Shown piece by piece: positions 12,726-24,904 of a stretch of DNA of 64,000 nucleotides. Source of the DNA: Carcharhinus longimanus. Lineage: Eukaryota. A model generated the notes under the pieces. The model was not told where the DNA came from. It saw only the letters and a program-made list of their open reading frames with translations, and did no database searches. Position numbers and translations under genes: made by a program. Location: the NCBI GenBank assembly GCA_030264375.1, contig JASCQW010000190.1:61227369-61291368 (forward strand), read 5' to 3'. How positions within the stretch are numbered: the stretch's first letter is position 1; every line of letters begins with the position of its first letter.

Positions 12726-15039
12726 TCAGATCACAGCAAGAAATGCGCATTCACATTAGAAGAATGCTTGGAGTTCTCGATGGTTTTGGGAGGTCATTAC
12801 TTTTTCTGCGATTTGCAAGAGTTTGGAAACCCTGCTATAAACATTTATTCTGTTTTGATGTTGCCAATGTTTGAATATGACACAGGGGAAAGGGGCAAAT
12901 CAACAAGTTTAACTGTTCCTTCAGATGACAATAAAGTGCTACCATCCAATACTTTTTTAAAAAAATCTGCATGGGAAATGTGGGACATGGAAATATTCTG
13001 GTTAATGCATTGTAGCATAGGAACACTTTTGCAAACGTATAGCAAATTTAACAACAGGAGATATAACGCTCAGTGTGTGTATGTGTGTGTGTGTGTGTGT
13101 GCGCGCGCTCGCGCGCGCGTGTCTCTGTTTGTGTTTGTCGTAGAGGGGGAAATTAAGACAGAACATGTTTGGGATTTAACAAAAACATGTGGAGATGGAG
13201 GAAAAAGGTTAATGTCTAAATCACTTCTTTGCTGTAATTTGCCAGATCAGAAGATGAGGTGCTGCTGTTCCAGCTTGTACTGATCTTCAATCGAGCATTG
13301 CAGCAGGCCGAGGAGGGTAAGTGTGGCCATTAGACCAAGGTGCTGAGTTGAAATGATAAGCAAAAGGAAGGTAGTGTCAATCATGGGCGAACGTGTTCCA
13401 TGTCGTTCGTAAAATCGGTAAAACGTATGCGTTTATCCTGCTCAATGTTGAGGACATGGCATTGGGAACAGAGAGTATATTAAACCAAAGTGAAGAAGAT
13501 GCAAATGAAACTCTAATTAAGCGGAAAAGAATGTTGGGCCTTGAATCGTGAGGATGGATGAGGGAAAAGGGCTGGTGCCACTTATTGTGCGATTGCACTC
13601 TAGGATGAGCATGGAAATATTTTTGTAAACACCAATCTGATACGCTAATGGATTGAGCCAAATGAAAGCAGAAAAACAACCATGGAGTTGACTTTTAGGT
13701 CTCTTCTGAAATGGTCAAGCATTTCACATCCAATCAATACCAGGGCAATAAATGCTAGCCCAGCCACATGTGAGTGCGAATTTAAAATAATGTATGGTAT
13801 TAACATTACCGCCTCCGTCCACCCGCCCCGAAATGTTTGTTCTATTAGAGTTAAATTAATCGCCTCAATATAAGTTTCAATGGAATTATAATCGTTGAAT
13901 CCCTCATAATTATCATTGGCAAGGCGTGTGGCCGTTGAGCAGAACATGAGATGGAGTAGCAAAATAAGTTCCGCGAGTACCAGTACAATCGAAAGAGTAA
14001 CGTTTATAACCAAAAGTACAACCAAAAGAATAACCAAAAGTGGAACTGATCAACTTCAGATCAGCCAGGAAGGGTTGAATGGCGAAGCAGGCTCGAAGCG
14101 CTAGATGGCCTACCCCTGCTCCTATTCCTTATGTTCTTATGTTCGATAACAGTTTGAGGCGAGTAAATTTTGGCTCCACAAAATATCTAGCTAATCTATA
14201 TGGCACAACTCCGGCGTGTGATCGAATGTTCCCCACTTTCCTGGACGAGAATTTCCTAACACTTGCAAAGATCAACCAGCATCGACAGTTCCAGAAGTGT
14301 ACTCCACTTTCTCGATGCACTGATGCAAATCAGCAAGCTTCCTTGGGCAACACCTTAAATTTCGAGAGCTCTACCGCCCATGTGGAGAATAGTAAATTAA
14401 TGGAGTACGCAAGTATTCGCCTACACCATGCAAATAAATACGGCGGGCGATATAGTATCCCGATTTCAATCTTCCAGTCCAGTCGTAGTCGCTGTATTAA
14501 AATCCTGCAACTTATCTCTTAACAGCAGTTTTGCCGAAATACACGAGGCATACAGAAATGTTGAATAAACCTTTACCTTAGCCCTAACAATTCGGCATGA
14601 ACAAATCATATTGAACTTGCTAGCAAACCAGTACAGATTAAATGCTAATAGCGAGGCATGCATTCTCACAATATTGTGGAACTATTTAAAATGTTAAGAT
14701 TGTTGAATTGTGTTTACGTCTTTTGTCACATTATAAACAAAGAACAATGAACAACGCAGCACGGGAAAAAGGCCCTTCAGCCCCACGAGCCCGCGCCGCC
14801 ATTTTAACAATTTAACATCGTATCATGGGGAAAGCTGCAGGCGTCAGATATTATACATCTCATTACTATTAGAACCTACACCGGGCAATTTGAATTAGCA
14901 AACTATTTGAAGATATTCACGATGTTATATGTCGGTATTTCATGATATCTCTTAAAATTAAAAGTACCCAACAACTGCCGATTGCTGCTTCATAGAAACA
15001 GGCCACAAGCTATTGAAAAGGATACGTTGCTGTCACATT

Positions 15040-15690
15040 ACATAGAAACTAAGAGCAGGAGTAGGGCATAGGGCCCATTACGCCTGCTCCATCAGTAAAT
15101 GTGATCATCGCAGACCTCTACTATATCAACGCCATCTTTATGTGCCTTGGCATAGCCCTTGATGGCTTTAAAATCGAATTGATTCCATCTCTTTCTTGAA
15201 TACATTCAGTGAATTAACGTTTAAAGCCGTCTTTGATACATAATTTCATGAATAACCAAACTTTAGGAAAAATACATTTTTTCTCATCTCTGTCCTAAAT
15301 GGTTTGCTCCATATTCTGAGAGTGTGTTTCCTGGTTCGGGAGACCCCAAACAAGGAAAACAGTCTTCCTTCACCTAGATTGTCCATCCCTGTTGGAATTG
15401 CATAGCTTTCAATGAGATCTGTTCTCACCTTTCTCAACTCTGATGTATTCAGGCCTGGTTACATCAATCTTTCTTCATAAGAGAGTTTATGATTATGGGG
15501 AATTCATGTCCCCTTACCAGCCTAATAAAACTCGCTGCATTCGTCCTATGGCTAGTGTGTTCTGTCTTAGATATGGAGATTGAGTCTCAATACAGTACTC
15601 CAGACGTTGGCTCACGAAGGCCCTTTATAAATATTGGAAAACATTTCTACTTATGAACTCAAATCCTATTACAAGGGAAGGCCAAGATAT
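15040..15690 (-). mobile_element. Degenerate CR1-type LINE 3' fragment
   Basis: Minus-strand RKVRTDLIESY...SRTRKHTLRI...FRTEMRKNVF. Confidence 0.75.
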
Positions 15691-16539
15691 CTAATTACTT
15701 CCTATATTTTTCTCATCCCCATTCTCATTCTCTCCTTTACTATCCATGCTACCCCACATCCTCTCCCTTTTTGTCTATCCTTTCTAAATAACGAACAGGC
15801 CTGAATGTTCAGTTTCTAAATTTCTGAACCTGTCGCCACATTTCTGCTCTTGCGGCTCACCACGACAATTTAAATCTAGATGCGCTGTCAATTCCTTTCC
15901 ATTTGATGTAAAAATGTGTTGTGCACTGAGGAACAAAGCCTCGGCCTTGACTTTTAAACTTTGATAATTGTCTTGAACTTATATTGCACTACAGCCCCAT
16001 TTTCTATACCCTTGTTTTAATTCCGCCTTACACTTTTTCTTACTATATTTTTGCGTTTTGAAACGATCCTTGTTGATCCTTCCTTTGCTTCCCAGCTTAG
16101 GTTCCCATCTCTCCGCCATTCTAATTTGAATACTGTCCAACAGCACCAGGAAAATCCCCCATCCCCTTGTCCCCCTTGGACGTTTACAGTCCGTCGAATT
16201 GGACTGGTGGAAACTTCCGCAGAACTTCGCATAGCGTCCGAGGGATCTGAAACCCTCCCTCCTGTACCAATTCCTCTGTTACGAATTCATCTGGTATTTG
16301 CCTTTCTGGCTAGCACGTCGTACTGATAATAATGAAGAGTTTATTGTGTTACTACTACTTAAACAGTTTAATGTGTGAGTTGAGAATTAGCAATATATTC
16401 AACAGTGAATTAATTGAATCACAAGGCATTACAAACGTCACTGCCAAAATGAGTTCCTTTGAGGATCGGACACGGTAAACTCAAAAGCTAGCTGCGCCAA
16501 CAGGAAATTGTTAACTCAGTTATGTACGTGCTGCATACT

Positions 16540-16680
16540 CATCGGCTGAAGGAAATAAAACTTTATGTTCCAAGAGGGCCTGGTCCGAGTCCCCCAAACC
16601 TCTATCGATTTCTGGATGATTGTTGCGGACTGCAGGTTTCTTAATTCTGCACTCTTCAGTTGTGAACGAAATGATGAACT
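16540..16680 (+). mobile_element. Probable Penelope-like RT remnant
   Basis: One frame reads PPNLYRFLDDCCG, resembling the Penelope RT motif (LF)RYIDDC.G; interrupted by stops. Confidence 0.35.
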
Positions 16681-17982
16681 GTGTAACCGCGTGACAATAG
16701 ACGAAGATTGATGAAGGTTGGGAAAGATGTATGGTCCACAGGATGAACATCTACCCATGAATATGATGCTTAACATGGATCTGTGAACAGCAAATCACGT
16801 CTGAAGGTCTGCTTCAATTTTCTGAAGGGCCATGTCAACGCTTTTCGCTTACACTCATCAGACATTCTCCAGAATACCGAATGCAAAGCGAATAGAAGTT
16901 CGCGCTTCACGGGACGAGAGGACTGAATGGTTGCAAACAGAAAGTGACAGGTAGTTGCTTTGGCAATTGTTAACTAATGACGGACAGATAAACGCCAAGT
17001 CTCGCTGCAGTGAAATGTGGCAAGTTGATTCTGATTGGTCAATATGTTGCCCAAGTTACACTGCCCAAGTTAATCACTATCCTGTTCAGCTAAAACAGTG
17101 GCAACGTAGCAATGTATGTTAATGTTCCTTCTCTCTGCAAAGAACAGGGATATGCTTATCAATGTATGCACCTTCTTGGACTTATTTTTAAACAAAGCAA
17201 GCTCTATTGATGACAATGAATTGAATGCGCACTTCAAGCTTAGCACAATCAGGATTGTTAGGCAAACGTTTTCCGATCGCCAAATCAAATCTGATGTTTA
17301 TCACTGTGATTTGAGTTTTGCAGGAACGGACATTTTGTACACTGTCAGTGTCTTGCGTCATGTGAAGAGTGACATTTTATGTTGTTCGATATGACTCACA
17401 AGTCTTTGAGACGTACAGCCTACATGTCCAAATTTCTGGGACACTGATATTCAGCAATAATGTGATTCATTGTTTTGATGGGCCAAATGTATCTTTCGCT
17501 TGGCGCTTTGTTACATGTGAACATCAATTGCATTGCTACTGCAAATTGGAAACATGAAACGAGTAGCTTTAAGTGTTTTTTTTTGAGAACCCTCACTCTT
17601 CTCGGTAAACTCGCCACTTTTTCTAAGGTCGAAAGAGAGTATCTGAAGTCTATTCACACATTTGCTTGTGATAGGACTCCGGCGATCTTATGAAGATAGG
17701 CCTTCTTTTGCAGGATGGTTTTATGCCCCTTATTTCAGAAAAGATTTGTCGTCGATTGTATGTTTTTTCCTGTTGTGTGCATAGTCACTCAGAATGTTCT
17801 TTCTCGCAATGATGGACGCCATAATAGACGCCATAGCAAAATTGAAGCTTTGGTGACTATTAGGGAAGAAAAACCATGAAGCTGTATTTGACAATGAAAC
17901 GACATCATACCGTAGACGATTTTTATGCTTCCGATGAAAATTTAAACGAGTTAAACCACTGTCTCCCCGCCACACCCCTCCC

Positions 17983-18023
17983 CATGCGCGCGCGTGCACA
18001 CACACACACACACACACACGCAG
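17983..18023. repeat. (CG)n(CA)n alternating purine-pyrimidine microsatellite upstream of gene A
   Basis: catgcgcgcgcgtgcacacacacacacacacacacacgca, preceded by a GCCACACCC (SP/KLF-type) box. Confidence 0.85.
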
Positions 18024-18029
18024 TATTAC

Positions 18030-18108
18030 CAACAGAACCAACTCCGCGGACGTACACATTTCCTCCAGGGCTTGGTGTTGGCAAAACATTGGTTTGGATA
18101 TTCTGCAG
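18030..18108 (+). other. Candidate non-coding 5' UTR exon of gene A (start uncertain)
   Basis: Good donor CAG|GTATGT at 18108/18109 and a plausible acceptor gctgtttggcag ending at 18479, 27 nt before the leader ATG. No in-frame signal peptide here. Confidence 0.35.
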
Positions 18109-18506
18109 GTATGTACTTATTTCGTCAATATTTATTTGATACATCCAATTAAATTGCCATTATTCCTTAAAACATGCACGGCACGTTGAACTATTATGTT
18201 CAATTGAACAACGATGCGGAATAGCTGTCATCGTTATAGTTCGTTGTATTAAATAACATTTGAGTCCGAAACATAGTTGAATGAGTTGGAGAGCTTTGAG
18301 CTAAATGAAACATACTTCATTTCGACTGGGACTTGGGAAAACGCAGCCAGACGCTGTGACGCTAAGCGTGTCTCTCTTGATATTTCCAATTCTGCTCTTC
18401 GATATTACGTGTCATTTCCTCTGGTTCACGTCAGAGTAAATGATTATATCTCTATGCGAATCACCGTGCTGTTTGGCAGAGAAGACGTGGCTGCCTGTTC
18501 TCAAAT

Positions 18507-18561
18507 ATGTCTGGGCTCAATGTTGGCATTTTAATGCGGATCATAGCCATCTTTTGTACAG
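18507..18561 (+). CDS. Gene A coding exon 1: signal peptide
   Basis: MSGLNVGILMRIIAIFCT plus a phase-1 donor ACAG|GTT, in phase with the V exon after a 109-nt intron. Gene B's leader also ends ACAG|GTT. Confidence 0.7.
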
Positions 18562-18670
18562 GTTGTTTTATTTATTCCTGTCTTGTTTAATGCCCATGTC
18601 TATTTGTTATCTTGTGAACTGTACTGCTACTGTGTGTCTTTCATACAATCATTATTCTGTTTTATAATAG

Positions 18671-18991
18671 CTGGCATTCGCGCTAATTTCCAAGTCTCTC
18701 AAGCTCCTGAAAACACGAACGCTGTCTTGGGCACAAACGTCACCCTCTATTGCACGTTCCCTATTTTTCAAAATGTATTAAATGTGGAAGTTTACTGGTG
18801 GAAACTGGGTGAAATCGGATTTCTGCACAGAAGTCCAGATAACAGGAAGATATTTCTCCGCTTTAAGCAAGGGGGTGCTTCATTTCAGCTCCTGAATATC
18901 AGTGTCCGCGATGCTGGTGTGTATTACTGCGGTGTCAAAACCGTGGAAAACAGGACTGCAAATGGAACCGGCTCAACGATCAAAGTATCTG
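18671..18991 (+). CDS. Gene A coding exon 2: VJ-type Ig V-set domain
   Basis: ataatag|CT to TCTG|GTAGGT, 321 nt, phase 1-1. FQVSQAP...VTLYC...VYWWK...DAGVYYC...NGTGSTIKVS has the canonical B-strand Cys, C-strand Trp, DxGxYxC and a G-strand GxG. Confidence 0.93.
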
Positions 18992-20067
18992 GTAGGTGAC
19001 ATTCTGGCACGAGAAAAAGGAAAGCTCATAGATAATGTGGTGTTGCCAAAATTTCTTAAATTCAAATTGTTTATATATTGGAACAGACATATCCATATCT
19101 ATGTATTGTTTGTTTTCAGGCAGCAGTAACGTGGTTCAGTTAATCGAACGTCGTCGTACCAAGATATATACAGTCGTTGTTCTATGTGTACAGTAGAAAA
19201 TTGCCATACCTATTTAACATGATTTATTGGTTCTTACATCAGCACACCTAGATTTCATTTAAAGTGCCTCGGAAACTGATCGAACAATGCCCCTACTTTG
19301 GGGTTAACATGAATGAGCTGCACTATCCGGATAAAAGCCATATCACGATTTCTTATAAATGCATTGTTCCCTCAATAAATATTTGAACCGTCTAACAAAG
19401 GTGTGAACCAAACGCGAGCCAAACATTTGGTAATGAGCTTGTAAGATTAATCGCTACTGAGAAGTCTGCACAAAATTATTTTTTACAACTCTATGGAAAT
19501 CTTTAAGTTAGGAATGCTTAGAGTGGATTTTCACAGTCCTTCTATGTTATGAAATAATACCTTGCCTAAACTCAATTATGCAAGGAACTCAATTAACTAT
19601 AACCAATATGTGACGAGAGCCTAAATTCATTCAACTATAGCCTATGGCCCGGGATAGATATTGTTTACACTATAGTTATGTTCCCATAGTACTATATATT
19701 ATGAATCAACAATCTTTGATCATTGCCTATTTCAATTTGCTCAACAAGACCCTTTTTGAAAAGTCTTACCGAAAAAGAGAGAAACATGCAACAGACAATG
19801 GAGACATTGGATCAATTATGTTTGCACAGCTTCTTTGTAAAGTGCAATTATTAGTCCTAATTCCCAATGCAGTTTCCCAATAACCCTCGAATCTATGTTC
19901 AAACACTAACAAATATGTTGTTAACTGATTTCCATGCAAGGAATACAAATTTGTTGCAGTTACTTAACGCTCATGGAGATCACATTGGATAAAGAAAATG
20001 TAAGTTATGCAATCAAGAGAAAACTAACCCACATTATTATTCTTTGTTTTGTTTCTACTCTTTGCAG

Positions 20068-20376
20068 TTCCACCAACCCCGTTGAAGATTTTTCCCAAAG
20101 TACGTGAAGTAGACTCTTCTTTCCTTGATCTTCTATGCAAAACCAGTGAGTTTTACCCAAATGTGCTCAATCTCAGTTGGTACGAAGATGGAATTGAGAT
20201 CAGGAACAGCACAGTGACAACGAAGTCATTGAACATAAATGGACTTTATGAAGTTTCAAGTACATTAAAGAGGACGCAACCTGTCAGAAGCACAACTGTT
20301 TACACCTGTCAGGTTTCTCACGTCACACTCCCTGTCCCAGCTAAAGTGGAATTTACTCTTCTGAATCCCAGGCAAG
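20068..20376 (+). CDS. Gene A coding exon 3: Ig C1-set domain
   Basis: tttgcag|TT to CAAG|GTAAGG, 309 nt. LLCKTSEFYPNVLNLSWYEDG...NGLYEVSSTL...YTCQVSHVTL carries the C1 signatures C-x4-FYP, W, NGxY and YxCxVxH. Confidence 0.93.
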
Positions 20377-22649
20377 GTAAGGACCGGCATCCTTAACAAC
20401 TCACTGAACTGGAGATACACTACTGTGCATTCACATTGTAACTTAAGATTGGTGGGGCACACACTAGCTTAAAATACGTTTCAAACATATAGCGTAGATT
20501 TGGAATCATGTAATAACTCCAACGTAAGTGAATGCAAATTCCCCCAATTCGGCAACGTTTTATTGTTACTGGTTGATTCGCCAAGGAGCTTAAATACATT
20601 ACTCTAAACACGTTTATAAAATTATTCTTTATAATTGAGTGTTTCAGAAATTGCAGCTGCAGTCTCAAGACAGAAATTGTACGCAACTTAATAAAATAGG
20701 TGTTTCCAAAAAAAAAGAGGATCTGGTGAATTATCTGGGATTCTCAATCGTTTAATGGCAAAAATGCGAAACCGAAGTGATCATTACAGTTGGATGATGT
20801 TACCTCCTTAGTTTCTTATGTAGTGTGTTTTGTTTGTATTTTATACCATTTTACTTTCGAATTAATCGGAGTTATCTGCAAACAACTCCATTATCTTGAA
20901 GATTTGCTCACATCAACTAACCGGAGGCCTCTGTTACTATTGCAACTATCGTATTTTTCTTTGGACCTTTCTCTAAAATCAAATTGAAGCGTCAAAACTT
21001 GAGTGAATTATCAGCTGTGGACAATATTTTATAATGTATGATCCCCAAAACATGGAAAATTAAGAAATTTGAATAGCCATGGGTATAACGGTCCATTAAT
21101 TAATAAAATGGTAATGGACTCACTCTACTAATTTCAGTTCCGAACTTTATAATCACTTCTTCACTGCGTTCCCTCGAATGCAATCGACATATAATTAAGT
21201 AACAAACCCAAACATACTTCAGACTTTTCAATATTAAGACTTCCATGGATGCATAAAATAATCATGTGGCCGTCAAAATAAAAGCATCAGTTTCCTTCCT
21301 AGTTCTTTCTTGCAAATGGACACAAATTAGTTTGATTGTCAACATTTACTAGCGTGGATTTTTCTTTTGTTGCTTCTCCATCATTTTGAGCAATGTCATG
21401 GTTAAACATGTTCCCATATTATGGTCCACCTGCCCACTTTAGTACCCAGACATTAAATTGATTGATTCCATAGCGACTAATCTGCAACTACTTCCCCGAC
21501 CCCCCACCCCCGCTCCCCCACCATCAAAAAAAACCAAAAATCCGCCTGGTGCTAAAAAAGCTTGAAAACTTACACTTGCTCACTGAATATAAGCTATTGA
21601 TTTATTTTATGAACAACACAGGCGTACAAATCGACATCTGTGGCAACCTAAAGAGTAGAGCGGTCTTATTGAAATAGATTGTTTGCAAATGTATTAAAGC
21701 TACCACTTTCTCTGCGTTTTTCGACAACTCAATGAACTGGAGACACCTTAGGAAAACAATGCTCTAAGTCATTTGTTCCATGAGGCTTTCCCTGTGTAAC
21801 ACACTATTCAACCTCCGCAATCGAATTGTCAGGAACCCTTTCTTTCACTTTCATAACGATACTTCGTTACTGTGAAGCTAATTGAAAATTTGTTCCACAT
21901 TTTCATCATTCTTCCTTTATCGCAGAACACTGTTATGTTTGCCAATTTCCAATGCACGAGAGCCACTTCTCGAAGATAAATTTCCTTCAAATATAATGAT
22001 CTTCTTTTGAACGTATGCAGGCACAAGTATAACACAAAGCCACTTCTCGGAGTTAAATTTTCTTCAAGTGTAATGGTCTTGTTTTGAACATATCCACGCG
22101 CAAGTAAAACAACAAATCTTGTCATATGATCATCACTCTTCTCCATTAACTCACATAAATAAGGCTCTGACGTGAATTTAATTTATTACCCGATGAGCAA
22201 TCGAGCAAAGTCTGCTTCGAAAATCGCATCACAACATATTGTTCTGGAACTGTTTACTGAATGCATTTCATGAACTCGGTCTGAAATCTATATTTCCCGA
22301 TCAGGTTTTCTGAACTAATTCATAAATAAAAATCGCCCAAGAACATTATCCTTGTTATAACGGCTTTTAAATGTGCGTTATTTATCGCGCGAACCATTAC
22401 ATTTGAGGTGAGCCGGGTTTGAAAATACTTCTAACAGTGTGTTCTGACGCTTGTTTATCTCTCGAACTTGTAACCATTCATATCGCTATTATAAATAAAC
22501 TTTCATTGCCCGGAATAACGAACATTACTTCTTTAAAAACAAAATCTATTACAGAAATATTTAGTCTCCAAGTGTTCCGCTTTCAGTTAGCGCTGCTAGA
22601 TGAAACAATTATTCTTTTATTTTTAGTATCACTAGTCGGTTTACATTAA

Positions 22650-23330
22650 CACTGTAATGAAGTTACTGCGAAAATCCCCTAGTCATCACACTCCGGCTCC
22701 TGCTGGGGAACACTGAGGGAGAATTTAGCATGGCACTTAACAGACACGTCTTTCGGACTGTGGGAGGAAACTGGAGCACCCGAAATAAATCCGCACAGAC
22801 ACGGGGACAACATGCAATAACAGTTCAAAGTTGGGAATTAAACCCGGGTCCCAGGTGCTGTGAGGCAGCAGCCCTAACCACGATGCCACCGCACCACACC
22901 GAACTGGCCATTACGTTATCTATCACTTCGAAACATTTGCTGATTCATCGGCGTTTCCTGACATGGAAGCTGTCGCCATTAATTGAGCGACATTCAGAAT
23001 CCTCCAGAAACACTACAGTGCAAAAAGGCCATTCGGCCCACGCAGTCCACACCGGTGCTTTGACCAATTATCTCACCCAAGCTCTCATCACTGCACCATC
23101 CATGTAATCTTCACAGTTTTCTGGGGTAAGCTATCCAATACCTAAAAATTCATCTCACCTGCATACCTTCGGACTGTGGGAGGAAACAGCAGCAACCGAC
23201 GGAAACCCATGGAGATTTGCGGAGAATGTGTAAACGCCACACAGTCACCCAAGATCGAAATTGAACCCAGATCCCTCCAGCAGTTCGCAGCTGTGCTAAC
23301 GATTGTACCATTGTGCCACTGTGTCACACG
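22650..23330 (-). mobile_element. Two tRNA-derived SINE copies in a gene A intron
   Basis: Reverse-strand SINE hallmarks ggactgtgggaggaaac...gaacccgggtccc...gtgaggcagcag occur twice. Confidence 0.75.
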
Positions 23331-23421
23331 GCTTTATCTGTTCTACTTCAGTCATAATATAGATAGATAGAACATTACTTTCTTAATGTGATTTCTGTCA
23401 TTATTTTCCGTTGTCAATCAG

Positions 23422-23532
23422 GTGCTGCATTCCCGTTCAACAATCAAGTTATTTATATCGGTACTGCAGTTGCATTCGTATTTCTACTGATGGTCGCCAT
23501 CACCGGAAGCTACTGTCACCAAAATAAAAAAG
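23422..23532 (+). CDS. Gene A coding exon 4: transmembrane segment
   Basis: caatcag|GT to AAAG|GTAAAA, 111 nt. GAAFPFNNQVIYIGTAVAFVFLLMVAITGSYCHQNKK is hydrophobic, has no charged TM residue and ends in a basic stop-transfer. Confidence 0.85.
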
Positions 23533-23869
23533 GTAAAAGAGGTTTTTATTCCAAAGTAACCTCAAGATCGTCAAATGTATGAAATTGTATAATTTGAGTA
23601 AAAGCTAAAAATCCTATGACAGCCGATTTGTAAAATGCATTCACGTTCATTCGTTAAGTCTAGTGCCTCGGGGAATTCGTAAAGTATCCTCTATGTTTTG
23701 CTCAGTGGTAACTTAATTTAATTATATTTGCTTCACTTTGAGGAGCAGTTTAAACAAAATAGTTAACTGGAACAGTAGAATTCAGGCACTATGAGGCAGT
23801 TATTGTTCTTTTCGTCTGAGTCCTAAACTGCGTCTGCAGTTTTGATGCCATTATAGAAGCACCAAACGG

Positions 23870-24548
23870 GAGGTACGGTAGCACAGTGGTTAGCACCGCT
23901 GTTTCACAGCGCCAGGGACCTGGGTGCGATTCCTCGTTTCTGTCGCTATCTGTGTGAAGTTTGCGCGTACTCCTGGTGTCTGCATTGAGTTTTCACTAGG
24001 TGCTCTGGTTGCCTCCCATGCTCTGGAAGGTGAGTTGGTTAGGCGCATTGACCGAACAGGCGCCGGACTGTGATGACTAGGGGAATTTTGCAGTAACTTC
24101 ATTGCAGCGTTAATGTCAGCCTTACGTGTGACTAATGAACGTAGTTTACATTGTCATTTAAATAATATTTGACATATAATTGAAAAAAACGCCGCTGGTC
24201 CCACTGTTTTAGTTGTTTAAAATCATAGAATCCGACGGTGCTGAAAGAGGCCCTTCCACCCATCGAGTCTGCACCCAACACAATCCCACCCAGCCCCTAT
24301 CGCCATATCCCCACTAATCCATCCAACCTACACATCCCAGGACACGAAGGGACAATTTCTTAGCATGGCCAATCAACCTAACCCGCACATCTTTGGACTG
24401 CGGGAGGAAACCAGAGTGCCCAGAGGAAATCCACGCAGACATGAGGAGAATGTGCAAACTCCACACAGAGAGTGACCCGAGCCAGGAATTGAACTCAGGA
24501 CCCTGGAGTTGTGAAGCAGCGGTGCTAACAACTGTGCTACCGTGCCGC
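23870..24548. mobile_element. Two tRNA-derived SINEs in opposite orientation (23870-24150 +, 24225-24548 -)
   Basis: 5' ends ggtagcacagtggttagcac (tRNA A-box-like) and the reverse complement gtgctaacaactgtgctaccgtgccgc. Confidence 0.8.
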
Positions 24549-24702
24549 TCCGAATTGGAGTTTATTGGAGTAGGATTGCATTTCAAATAATATTTTGATA
24601 TAACTGCCCACGTTTTTATTGGAATCAACCAGATTGTCCTTCTGTAGAATTTTGTTGATCAATTGAAATTCATGGCGGAATAATAATTTAATTCATTATT
24701 AG

Positions 24703-24746
24703 GAGTGTGCCGATATGTGGATACTTCAGAACTTCGTGAACAGCAG
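24703..24746 (+). CDS. Gene A coding exon 5: 44-nt juxtamembrane cytoplasmic exon
   Basis: ttattag|GA to CAG|GTAATT encodes (G)VCRYVDTSELREQQ, phase 1 to 0. Same length, phase and GAGTG start as gene B exon 60754-60797. Confidence 0.8.
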
Positions 24747-24904
24747 GTAATTTCATATTATTGTTGCTCATGTATGTTAAATAAATTAAGAAATGATACG
24801 GCATTGAATCATTGCAATTAATCTCCACGTTGATCAACTGAATTTTACATTTCTTTTTCTACTCACAAACGTTCACAAATACATGTAATCCTTGTTGACA
24901 AAAA

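Noticed and set aside
13645-14037. Hydrophobic 130-aa minus-strand ORF
   Set aside because: The hydrophobic start derives from an accaaaag-rich low-complexity stretch next to a CR1 tail; no family motif or splice support.
20880-21140. Possible relic second C1 exon in gene A (ttgaagatt and aatggactc words)
   Set aside because: Only a few short matches with no sustained colinear alignment.
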